Source: Sedimentisphaerales bacterium
GTDB lineage: Bacteria; Planctomycetota; Phycisphaerae; Sedimentisphaerales; Anaerobacaceae
Reading direction: 5' to 3'
NCBI GenBank assembly: GCA_050015775.1
Contig: JBEKAT010000001.1
Coordinates: 1,238 to 65,237, forward strand
DNA length: 64,000 bases
The stretch's first letter is position 1. Every line of letters begins with the position of its first letter. Shown here piece by piece: positions 10,424 through 19,089 of this stretch. The position numbers were made by a program, and so were the translations under genes. The notes beneath the pieces were generated by a model. The model was not told where the DNA came from and ran no database searches. It worked only from the letters and a program-made list of their open reading frames with translations.

Positions 10424-11362
10424 ATGAAAACTGATAAACCAAAGATTTGCGTTGTCGGCAGCTCAAACATAGACCTAGTGGTGAAATCACGGCGGTTGCC
10501 TTCTCAGGGGGAGACAATTTTGGGTGGTGAATTCCTGATGGTTCCAGGCGGCAAGGGAGCGAATCAGGCAGTAGCAGCCGCGAAGCTGGGAGCGGAAGTA
10601 TATTTTGTAGCTAAACTGGGGGAAGACATATTCGGGACGCAATCATTCACCAATTTCAAAAAAGAAGGTGTGAATACAAAGTATGTTACCCGGACGAACA
10701 AAGCATTGTCGGGAGTGGCCTCGATTGCTGTTGACGAAGCGGGCAATAACACAATTGTAGTGGCCCCGGGCGCCAATCATTTGCTGATACCGCAGGATGT
10801 CAAAAGGGCCGAATCGGCAATTGCTTCGTGTGGTGCGATAGTTGCCCAGCTTGAAATACCCGTAAAAACCGTTGAGTTCGCTGCGAGATTAGCTAAAAAG
10901 TTCAAGATACCTTTCATTTTGGACCCTGCGCCGGCTCAAAAATTAAGTTCAGAACTTTTCGCGATGACAGACGTGATGAAACCAAACGAAACGGAGGCCG
11001 GAATTCTTACCAGCGTAGAAGTTACAGACGCAAAGACCGCCGGTAGAGCGGCGGGGAAACTCCTGGAACGCGGGGTAAAAACGGTCATCATAACAATGGG
11101 AGCAAAAGGTTGCTTTGTGGTCAACAACAAAATAAATGAGTTCTTCCCCGCCAAAAAGGTTAAAGCGGTTGATTCTACGGCAGCAGGCGACGCGTTTGTC
11201 GGAGGTCTCGCGTTTTGTATAGCCCAGGGCAAAACTATTTTAGAGGCGGTCCTGTTTGCCAGCAATGTGGCGGCCCTGTCTGTTACCAAAATGGGGGCGC
11301 AATCATCTATGCCGAGTATGAAAGAGGTTGAGAAATTCATAAAATTAAAAAAACAGAAATGA
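10424..11362 (+). CDS. rbsK: ribokinase (PfkB family)
   Basis: 312 aa with VVGSSNIDLV, GGKGANQAVAAAKLG and DSTAAGDAFVGG motifs typical of ribokinase. First gene of the ABC transporter operon. Confidence 0.8.
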   Translation: MKTDKPKICVVGSSNIDLVVKSRRLPSQGETILGGEFLMVPGGKGANQAVAAAKLGAEVYFVAKLGEDIFGTQSFTNFKKEGVNTKYVTRTNKALSGVASIAVDEAGNNTIVVAPGANHLLIPQDVKRAESAIASCGAIVAQLEIPVKTVEFAARLAKKFKIPFILDPAPAQKLSSELFAMTDVMKPNETEAGILTSVEVTDAKTAGRAAGKLLERGVKTVIITMGAKGCFVVNNKINEFFPAKKVKAVDSTAAGDAFVGGLAFCIAQGKTILEAVLFASNVAALSVTKMGAQSSMPSMKEVEKFIKLKKQK

Positions 11363-11375
11363 TGAGGAAAGAGGA

Positions 11376-12311
11376 ATGAAGAAAATAATTCTTATATTAT
11401 GTACCATGATAATGGCCACGCAAATATACGGCTGTAAGCAGCAGGCGCCGAGCAAACCGAGAGTCGCCCTGGTTATGAAATCTCTGGCCAATGAGTTTTT
11501 TAAGACAATGGAGGAAGGCGCCCAGGCGCACCATAAACAACACTCGCAGGAATATGACCTGATAGTGGTGGGTATTAAAGACGAACAGGACGTGGCCAAA
11601 CAGGTTGAATTTGTCGAGCTGATGATTGCACAAGGGGTGAATGCCATAGTTATTGCCCCAGCCGACTCGAAGGCCCTTGTGCCTGTCTGTAAAAAGGCAA
11701 TGGATAGCGGGATTATAGTCGTCAATATTGATAACAAGTTTGACAGAGATGTTCTCCAGGAGAAAAACGTTAAAATTCCCTTTGTGGGACCGGACAACCG
11801 CAAGGGGGCGAAACTTGCTGGCGACTATTTGGCGAATAAGCTCAAGCAGGGGGACAAGGTGGTTATTATCGAAGGCGCGCCCAATGCGTTCAATGGAATC
11901 CAGCGAAAGCTCGGATTTGAGGATGCGATGAAAGCCGTTGGAATAAACATCGTCAGCTCCCAGACGGCGTATTGGGAGATGGACAAGGCCAACCAGCTCG
12001 TCTCGGCGTTAGTTGCCGAACATTCCGACCTGAAGGGTGTTTTATGCGCTAACGATAGTATGGCGCTCGGCGCCGTATCGGCGATTAAGGCGGCCGGCAA
12101 ATCGGATGACATTCTTGTTGTCGGTTTTGATAATATCCTCGCTGTTCAGCGGCTGCTTAAAGAAAAGAAAATTCTCTGCACGGTTGACCAGCACGCCGAT
12201 AAGCTCGCATTATTCGGCATCGAGTACGCACTTGAGATGCTCAAGGAAAAGTCAGTCCCGGTTGATAAAGAAACTCCCGTTGACCTTGTTACGGCGGAAA
12301 CCCTTAAATGA
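11376..12311 (+). CDS. periplasmic monosaccharide-binding protein of a CUT2 (ribose-type) ABC transporter
   Basis: 311 aa with GAGGA RBS and a lipoprotein-like start (ATQIYGC). RbsB/LacI-type periplasmic binding fold motifs are present (VALVMKSLANEFF, GIIVVNIDN). Confidence 0.8.
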   Translation: MKKIILILCTMIMATQIYGCKQQAPSKPRVALVMKSLANEFFKTMEEGAQAHHKQHSQEYDLIVVGIKDEQDVAKQVEFVELMIAQGVNAIVIAPADSKALVPVCKKAMDSGIIVVNIDNKFDRDVLQEKNVKIPFVGPDNRKGAKLAGDYLANKLKQGDKVVIIEGAPNAFNGIQRKLGFEDAMKAVGINIVSSQTAYWEMDKANQLVSALVAEHSDLKGVLCANDSMALGAVSAIKAAGKSDDILVVGFDNILAVQRLLKEKKILCTVDQHADKLALFGIEYALEMLKEKSVPVDKETPVDLVTAETLK

Positions 12312-13852
12312 TTGACACAGCGAGCAAAACGCTTTTTACCGCCCGCGCAATCAGCAAATCTTTCCCGGGCGTGCGGGCGCTGGAAGAAGTCGATTTCGAC
12401 TTGATACAGGGTGAGGTTCATGCCCTTGTCGGTGAAAACGGCGCAGGCAAGAGCACCTTTGCCCGCATTATAGCCGGCGCTGAAATCCCGGACTCAGGCG
12501 AAATGCGCTTTTGCAGGAAACCCTACAGGCCGAACAACAGAACGGACGCGGAATCAGCCGGTATCCGTATGATAATGCAGGAGCTTCACCTGATTGGAAA
12601 TCTCACAATCGCGGAAAATATCCTGCTGAATAAGCTTCCTCACAGGTTTGGAATAATCGACTATAAGAAGCTCAACAACATAGCGCGGGAAGTTATGATG
12701 CAGGTGGGTCTTGGTGATACTGACCCTGCTATGCCGGTGAAATTCCTGGGCACCGGCCGGCAGCAGCTGGTTGAAATAGCCGCCGGGCTTTCGCAGCGGT
12801 GCCGGCTGTTGATTATGGATGAACCGACCGCGTCTTTGACTGACAACGAGACGGAGCTTCTTTTCACTCAAATCAAAAAACTTAAGGCCGACGGCGTCGG
12901 AATTATTTACATATCCCATCGCATCGAAGAGATAATCCACATAACCGACCGTGTCACGGTGCTAAGAGACGGGAAATTAATTTCAACGCAATACACAAAA
13001 CGGTTAAGCGTTGACGGCATTATCCGTATGATGGTCGGCCGTGACCTCGAACAGCAGCAGTTGCGGCACGCAGCGACGTCAGGAGAAACAGCCCTAAGTG
13101 TTACCGGCCTTACCAGGGCGAATAAGGTAAGAGACGTTACTTTTGACGTTCATAAAGGCGAGATTCTCGGCGTTGCCGGCCTGATGGGCTCTGGACGCAC
13201 GGAAATGGTTCGAGCGTTGTTCGGCGCCGACCGCCGCGACAGCGGAAAAATTTGCCTGGGCGGTTTAGAAGAACCCCTCGAAATACGCAGCCCCAGCGAC
13301 GCTGTTCGCAGCGGGATTGCGCTTCTTCCTGAGGACCGTAAAGAACAGGGGCTGCTGCTGCGATTGCCTGTTCGCGTTAATATTTCGCTGACCAGGTTAT
13401 CAGGTGTCAGCCATTTCGGGTGGATAAAAATATCCAGTGAAAAAGCCATAGCCGATAAATTTGCGGATGCCTTGTCCATACGCTGCTCATCGGGCGAACA
13501 AATGGTTGGCCAGCTCAGCGGCGGCAACCAGCAGAAGGTGGTCATCGCAAAATGGCTCAACAGAGACGCCGATATCTTTTTCTTTGACGAACCAACACGG
13601 GGAATTGACGTCGGTGCCAAGTTTGAGATATATCGTATTCTCGCAGACCTTGCGGAAAAGGGAAAGGCGGTTATAGTCATCTCCTCTGACCTTATGGAGC
13701 TTATGGCTGTTTGCGACCGCATTATGGTAATGTCGGCAGGTCGTATCGCGGCGACGTTCGCACGGGGGCAGTGGAGTCAGGAAAAAATTATGTCTGCCGC
13801 CTTCAGAGGATATATAAATAAACCGTCAGAAAGCATTGCGGGCTTATGCTAA
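12308..13852 (+). CDS. sugar ABC transporter ATP-binding protein (duplicated ABC domains, RbsA-like)
   Basis: 514 aa. Walker A GENGAGKST, LSGGNQQKV signature and a second half-domain are present. ATGA overlap with the upstream gene. Confidence 0.85.
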   Translation: MIDTASKTLFTARAISKSFPGVRALEEVDFDLIQGEVHALVGENGAGKSTFARIIAGAEIPDSGEMRFCRKPYRPNNRTDAESAGIRMIMQELHLIGNLTIAENILLNKLPHRFGIIDYKKLNNIAREVMMQVGLGDTDPAMPVKFLGTGRQQLVEIAAGLSQRCRLLIMDEPTASLTDNETELLFTQIKKLKADGVGIIYISHRIEEIIHITDRVTVLRDGKLISTQYTKRLSVDGIIRMMVGRDLEQQQLRHAATSGETALSVTGLTRANKVRDVTFDVHKGEILGVAGLMGSGRTEMVRALFGADRRDSGKICLGGLEEPLEIRSPSDAVRSGIALLPEDRKEQGLLLRLPVRVNISLTRLSGVSHFGWIKISSEKAIADKFADALSIRCSSGEQMVGQLSGGNQQKVVIAKWLNRDADIFFFDEPTRGIDVGAKFEIYRILADLAEKGKAVIVISSDLMELMAVCDRIMVMSAGRIAATFARGQWSQEKIMSAAFRGYINKPSESIAGLC

Positions 13853-14820
13853 AGACAGAAAATAAAAAAACAGTCGATATTCGGGCCTTTGTCACTGATT
13901 ATCTCGGCTTGTTTTTCGCCTTGGTGGTGCTGTTAGTCATATTTGGTTTCTCTGCCAACAATTTCTTTACCCTCACAACCTTCAGAACAATCGCCAACCA
14001 GATTCCGGATATAACAATCGTCGCTGTTGGAATGACTTTTGTTTTGATAATCGCGGGTATCGACCTGTCGGTCGGCTCGGTGCTTGCCCTGGCCGGTTCC
14101 GTGCTGGGCGTTTTCCTGGTCGAATTTAATTTGCCGCTGCCGGTAGCGATTTGTGCCTGCCTCTTTGTGGGTATTCTCTGCGGTCTTACCAACGGCCTTA
14201 TTGTCATCCGCTGGAATCTTCCGTCTTTTATTGTTACGCTCGGTATGCTTGAAATCGCCAGAGGGGCCGCGTATCTGGTGACCAACTCGCGAACCATATA
14301 TATCGGCGGCCCGCTTGAGGCAATCACGGGTACATCGATTCTGGGGCTTTCACTGCCCTTTATATTGGCTGTTATTATTGTGGCAGCGGGACAGCTCGTA
14401 TTATCGCGGTCTGTTTTTGGACGATATATGATAGCCATTGGCACAAATGAAGAGGCCGTAAGGATGTCGGGAATCGACCCGCGTCCGATTAAACTTCTGG
14501 TCTTCGCTTTGTGCGGCTTTCTGACGTCCGCGGCAGCAGTCATACAAACGGCCCGAATGTCATCCGCAAGCCCAAATGCCGGCTCTGGTCTTGAGCTTCA
14601 GGCCATCGCGGCAGTGGTTATCGGCGGCACAAGCTTAATGGGCGGCCGCGGGTCTGTGATAAGTTCCTTCTTTGGCGTCCTTATTATCGCGGTTTTAGGG
14701 ACCGGCCTTGCCCAGATAGGTGCGCAGGAATCGACCAAACGCCTTATTACCGGATGCGTTATCATCGTGGCTGTTATAATCGACCAGTATCGTCATCGGA
14801 TTCGCAAAGACAACTGCTAA
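13846..14820 (+). CDS. sugar ABC transporter permease (RbsC-like)
   Basis: 324 aa polytopic hydrophobic protein with a 7-nt overlap onto the ATPase gene. The GIDLSVGS motif is typical of the RbsC/AraH family. Confidence 0.85.
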   Translation: MLKTENKKTVDIRAFVTDYLGLFFALVVLLVIFGFSANNFFTLTTFRTIANQIPDITIVAVGMTFVLIIAGIDLSVGSVLALAGSVLGVFLVEFNLPLPVAICACLFVGILCGLTNGLIVIRWNLPSFIVTLGMLEIARGAAYLVTNSRTIYIGGPLEAITGTSILGLSLPFILAVIIVAAGQLVLSRSVFGRYMIAIGTNEEAVRMSGIDPRPIKLLVFALCGFLTSAAAVIQTARMSSASPNAGSGLELQAIAAVVIGGTSLMGGRGSVISSFFGVLIIAVLGTGLAQIGAQESTKRLITGCVIIVAVIIDQYRHRIRKDNC

Positions 14821-14840
14821 TCTTATTTGCTCTTGAATTT

Positions 14841-14896
14841 GCCCATACCCCTTGGGCTTATGAATCCCATTCTCTACCCAACTGAGCTACGCCGCC
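14841..14896 (-). pseudogene. truncated tRNA gene remnant (anticodon CAT; 5' acceptor strand, D-arm and anticodon arm only)
   Basis: The reverse complement reads GGCGGCG TA GCTC AGTTGGGTA GAGA A TGGGA TTCATAA GCCCA AGGGG. What follows (TATGGGCAAATTCAAGAGC) cannot form a T-arm or a 3' acceptor strand. Mismatches occur at positions 10-25 and 31-39. Confidence 0.6.
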
Positions 14897-14943
14897 TTAA
14901 AAACATAAACGTCAAAGGCTGGGTTCGACAAGCAATCCCAAAG

Positions 14944-16506
14944 TCACCAGTTATCAAAATCCAATTTCTGTGTTTTTCCTTTTAGTACCTGGTCAAGCTC
15001 TATCAGAGAATACAGAAGACAGCCGACTCCGTCGATGGATTCATAGTAAGGTTTCGCGGGGTGGCCTTTGAACAGCCCATTGACATATAGTTTTGCAATC
15101 GCCTCATCCGCAAATTTTTGAGCAAGCTCCAGATATTTCTGCTTGCCTGTCAGGGCATGCATATCGATAAAGAACGAAATTGTCCCGCCGTATTTGTCTG
15201 CGTAAGTGCCTTGTTTGCCGAAGGTCTTCTTATATTCCGCATACCAGGAAATCTCTGTTTCATTTGCTTCGGTCGGCGTCTTTTCAATACAGTCGGCAAA
15301 ACGTTCAGCGGCGACGAGCATCTCAGGATTTTTTGTTATCCGGTATGCAAAGGCATAGCATTGTGCCGTTTCTATCGGGAACTCACTGCCGAGAATATAT
15401 GGCTCCCACAAATCGAGATGCCCTCTTGGCTCGTACTGGGCGTATTGCTGTGCGTTCCAAAATTGTTCCGGCTCTGACGAGGCCGGCAGTCGCGGGCCGG
15501 GTATCGGACTGCCGTCGAGTTTTAACGCACCCCAGAATTTCCCGCTTTGTTTGTCGAAGCCGTATTTGTTATAGGCAGCCAGATACGCAATTGCCTGTTC
15601 TTTAAACATATCCTCTTTTGTCCTAAGATATGTTTTCAGGAGTGAATGGCAGTAGGGACCTGTGATATCGGTGGCAAATGCGCTGCCGTCGAATCTGCTG
15701 CTCCCTGCGTTAGGCCTTTCAGCGATAAGATTGGTGTCTTTATTGCGCAAATTCCAGAAATAGTTCGCCAGCAGTTTTGCCCTGTCGAGCCAAATCGTAT
15801 CTTTGGTTTTAGTGTATAAAAACGCGAACGCATCAATCATACTTCCGCTGGTAAAAGGAAAATCGCAGCCCTGTAATCCGTCGTCGTGTCGGTTTGTTTC
15901 GCCGGTTTTTTTATTTATTACGTGCCACTGCCAGACGGCCTCGATTTCTTTTTTCACGGCGTCGGGATTTACCAGCCAGAGTTTTTCCCATTGAATCTGT
16001 ATCCCGCCGTGTATTTCGTGCCAATTCAATAAATGGCCGGTCATTTTATCCTGGTACACATCGTAATGTCTGTGGCCACCCCACCAAAACAGCCCTTTTT
16101 TGTCGACGAGGTTTTTCAAATAATAATCAATATAATTGTTCGCAGCCGTTGAATAAGTCCTGCTTCCGGTCAATTTGGACATCAGGAACATCGAATTTAT
16201 CAGCGGCTGGTCTGTAAACAGATTCGCTCCTGCCGGATTTCTTCTTTCACGCCTTATAACTCGCCACTGTTCGTCAAGCGGCAGGGGGTTCTGCGGGCAA
16301 CTACGGGTGTTAACATCGAGTATGCTCACAAAAATAGGCGATTTGACCGGGCCGTATGTGTCTCTGCCGTATTCAATCAGGTTATCAAGGCATGTCCTGA
16401 CCGGCGTCAAGTATTTATCATTTGCGTCAGGAGTCACATTCCGAGCGTTTAGACCTGCGGCAGATATCAAAGTCAGTAAACAAGCTAATTTTAGTTTGCT
16501 ATTCAT
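14944..16506 (-). CDS. secreted protein of unknown function (alpha-helical; possible polysaccharide lyase or hydrolase)
   Basis: Track ORF to 16572. ATG 16506 gives signal MNSKLKLACLLTLISAAGLNA. W/Y-rich helical repeats are present. No family recognised. Confidence 0.45.
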   Translation of the reverse strand: MNSKLKLACLLTLISAAGLNARNVTPDANDKYLTPVRTCLDNLIEYGRDTYGPVKSPIFVSILDVNTRSCPQNPLPLDEQWRVIRRERRNPAGANLFTDQPLINSMFLMSKLTGSRTYSTAANNYIDYYLKNLVDKKGLFWWGGHRHYDVYQDKMTGHLLNWHEIHGGIQIQWEKLWLVNPDAVKKEIEAVWQWHVINKKTGETNRHDDGLQGCDFPFTSGSMIDAFAFLYTKTKDTIWLDRAKLLANYFWNLRNKDTNLIAERPNAGSSRFDGSAFATDITGPYCHSLLKTYLRTKEDMFKEQAIAYLAAYNKYGFDKQSGKFWGALKLDGSPIPGPRLPASSEPEQFWNAQQYAQYEPRGHLDLWEPYILGSEFPIETAQCYAFAYRITKNPEMLVAAERFADCIEKTPTEANETEISWYAEYKKTFGKQGTYADKYGGTISFFIDMHALTGKQKYLELAQKFADEAIAKLYVNGLFKGHPAKPYYESIDGVGCLLYSLIELDQVLKGKTQKLDFDNW

Positions 16507-16656
16507 TGCTATTGTTATAGAACCATTATAATAGTTACGTTTCTTCTTGAATAATATGGAAACCTGCCGCAATTTATATAATCACCAAGCTGTTTGCAAG
16601 CGTATTTGCCTTGCCTACATCAGTAAAAATAACGTATGTTTTAATAAACTACGCGA

Positions 16657-17823
16657 CTATTTGTGGCCGTGAAGTTTGCGGTAATCCACCAGCGATATTC
16701 CCATTTTCTGTTTGAAATATCGGGCGATATGACCGGTATTATCATATCCCAAACTTAACGCAATATCCGATATCGACAAATCCGTCTCAATCAGCATCTG
16801 GCTGATAAGGTCAATCCGCACCCGCTTAATCTCATCGTAAACCGTACGTCCCAGCGTTTTCATAAATTTGTCGTGCAGGTTGCGCCTTGAGACGCTTAAA
16901 TCTTTTACAACGTCATCCACCTGTATAAGACGTTTGGCGTTATCATGAATATAAGTCAACGCTTGGCTGACTAATTTATCCTCTACCGCGATGATATTGG
17001 TTGACTGTCTCATCACCACCCTGTTCGGCTGAACAATCACCGTCTGGGGCTTCATCTTTTTTCCCGCCATCATGCTGTCAAGCAGCTTGCTCGCCTGGAA
17101 ACCTCCCTCCGAAACATCCAGAGCAACACTCGACAACGGCGGGTTTGAAATATCGCATACCTGGTCGTCGTTATCTACGCCGATAACAGCCACCTCATAA
17201 GGCACGTCGAGTTTCGCATTGGCGCAGGCCTCGGTAATATGCTGCCCCCTGTCGTCATTGCACGCCATAATTCCTACCGGCTTAGGCAATTCCCTCAGCC
17301 ATTCCGCGAGAATTGCCTCCTCCCTGAACCATAAACGATTCGCAGGGGATTCGGGCTGTTTATATAAACTCGTCTTAAAACCGGCCTCCTTTATGCTGGC
17401 GATGAAACCGTTGCCCCGCTGGTCGGACCAGTATATATCATCGAAGCCGCAGTAGCCGAAATGACGAAACCCACGTTCCAGAAGGTGCTCCGCGGCCATT
17501 TTGCCTATCGCACGATCATTAGTTACTATATTGTTCCGCTTCGCCGAAGGCGGCTCCATGGCCACAGCGACAAATAATGGAATGCCCCATCTTGCCAAAT
17601 CTTCGAGGTTTCTTGAATCACGCGATATGATGCCTTGGGGCCCCCATTTTCTCAGGGGTTCCAATTCAGCTGGTTCGCTCTCCCGCGCAACATAAAACAA
17701 ATCCTGCCTGTAAAACACCCACGGCCCGTGCATCCGGGAATATCTCACAATCCCGTGGATCAACTCCCGCCCGAATGCCCGCGAGTTTTCTATCGTCAAC
17801 GCTACCCTTTTTAAGTTCTTCAC
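16657..17823 (-). CDS. XylR-type transcriptional regulator (periplasmic-binding-like sensor domain plus AraC-family HTH)
   Basis: 388 aa. The N-terminus MKNLKRVALTIENSRAFGRELIHGIVRY is typical of XylR-like hybrids. The C-terminal AraC HTH reads ISDIALSLGYDNTGHIARYFKQKMG. It is divergent from the pseudopilin/LamG cluster. Confidence 0.8.
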   Translation of the reverse strand: MKNLKRVALTIENSRAFGRELIHGIVRYSRMHGPWVFYRQDLFYVARESEPAELEPLRKWGPQGIISRDSRNLEDLARWGIPLFVAVAMEPPSAKRNNIVTNDRAIGKMAAEHLLERGFRHFGYCGFDDIYWSDQRGNGFIASIKEAGFKTSLYKQPESPANRLWFREEAILAEWLRELPKPVGIMACNDDRGQHITEACANAKLDVPYEVAVIGVDNDDQVCDISNPPLSSVALDVSEGGFQASKLLDSMMAGKKMKPQTVIVQPNRVVMRQSTNIIAVEDKLVSQALTYIHDNAKRLIQVDDVVKDLSVSRRNLHDKFMKTLGRTVYDEIKRVRIDLISQMLIETDLSISDIALSLGYDNTGHIARYFKQKMGISLVDYRKLHGHK

Positions 17824-17897
17824 GCCCGTATTATATGCCTAAAATGGCTTATGTTAAGCAAAAAATGGCGTTCTTTTTTTCCCCCGCATAGCGTACA

Positions 17898-17915
17898 ATA
17901 CAATGTGTGTTGTAT
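17898..17915. promoter_or_regulatory. inverted repeat ATACAA-N6-TTGTAT (candidate operator) in the divergent regulator/pseudopilin intergenic region
   Basis: Read directly from the sequence. The arms extend imperfectly to TACAATACAA / TTGTATGTGTA. The core TGTGTGTTGT recurs at 19030-19039, upstream of the next gene. Confidence 0.35.
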
Positions 17916-18034
17916 GTGTAAGCAATACGGATTAACACAGATTTAATATTTTAGGGGTTTGTTAGCTTTTTTAATATGGCAACCTTGATTTTTCAAGCTC
18001 TAAACCACGCTTGTTAAGGGGAAGGAGCCGCTTT

Positions 18035-18949
18035 ATGCAGAATAACCGTAAAGCAGGGTTTACGCTGGTAGAGTTGCTTGTAGTAATCGCTATTATAGCA
18101 TTGCTTATGGGGGTGTTGCTGCCGGCGTTGAATGTGGCGAGACAGCGAGCCCAAACGACTGTTTGCGCATCCAATCTGAAAAATTATGGTTCTGCCCTGT
18201 ATATGTATGCCGATACCAACAATGACAAAGCGCCTTTCAGCTTTTCATGGCTTTACTCAATGAAAACTATCTCCGCCGGCGTAAGTAGTAATACCTGCCC
18301 TGAGGAGTGCAGGTGGCACTATGATAAGGACCCACCGGATGGGACACTTTGGCCATACATGCAGAACATAAAAGCGCATATATGCCCAACTTTTAAGAGC
18401 CTCGCGAAAAATGGGACGTGTTGGAATGCGGAAAATCATCCAAGAGTCGGAAGAAGCGGAAGTATGCCGTATAATCCTACTTACTGTTATTCAATGAACC
18501 GCTGGCTTGGCTTTTTCCCTTCATTAGATTACTATAATTATCCTACTGATTCACCACAGGCACAGGCAATGATTGCACCAGAACCTTCATTGTGTTTATC
18601 CAAGGTCAAAAGATCTGCTCAGTGCTGTGCTTTTACTGAAGAGAATTTCTGGACGATAGCGCACAGGGCCAACGACGGAGACAAGTACTACAGTGTGACT
18701 GGCATAGGTAAAAATGATCTATGGTTATATGCATTAGCAAATATAAATAAAACTCCGGAAGTAAGGAACTGGGTTCAAGGCAACTTTGCTACCTATCACA
18801 ATGTCAGTGCAGGCAATAAAAATGAAGGATACGCAAACGTCGTTTTTGTTGACGGACACGTCGCGACGGTAAAGGGTTTGGCCGGATACGACGCATATTT
18901 AGAGTTTGGAAGACCCTACAATGGGCACGAAAGCCTTAGTATCTGGTAA
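18035..18949 (+). CDS. prepilin-type N-terminal cleavage/methylation domain protein (DUF1559-like pseudopilin paralog)
   Basis: Track ORF from 18011. ATG 18035 follows GGAG. The N-terminus reads MQNNRKAGFTLVELLVVIAIIALLMGVLLPAL, and the C-terminal NVVFVDGHVATVK is typical of DUF1559 proteins. Confidence 0.8.
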   Translation: MQNNRKAGFTLVELLVVIAIIALLMGVLLPALNVARQRAQTTVCASNLKNYGSALYMYADTNNDKAPFSFSWLYSMKTISAGVSSNTCPEECRWHYDKDPPDGTLWPYMQNIKAHICPTFKSLAKNGTCWNAENHPRVGRSGSMPYNPTYCYSMNRWLGFFPSLDYYNYPTDSPQAQAMIAPEPSLCLSKVKRSAQCCAFTEENFWTIAHRANDGDKYYSVTGIGKNDLWLYALANINKTPEVRNWVQGNFATYHNVSAGNKNEGYANVVFVDGHVATVKGLAGYDAYLEFGRPYNGHESLSIW

Positions 18950-19089
18950 TTGACGCGGCGATATGATAGCGGCTATGACGCCTGTTTTGAGTGTTACAGG
19001 CGTATAGGAGATGCGAATATAGTGAGTGTTGTGTGTTGTGTTTTTAGCGAATTTCTATGTTTCGACTTTTTTTGTTGGAGGACGGAGCA

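Noticed and set aside
13150-14543. 190-aa and 214-aa minus-strand ORFs
   Set aside because: Both overlap the ABC ATPase and permease genes in antisense, and those plus-strand genes carry unambiguous Walker and permease motifs.
14841-14896. Functional tRNA-Met/Ile2 gene
   Set aside because: No T-arm or 3' acceptor strand can be formed from the adjacent sequence, so I report it as a remnant.
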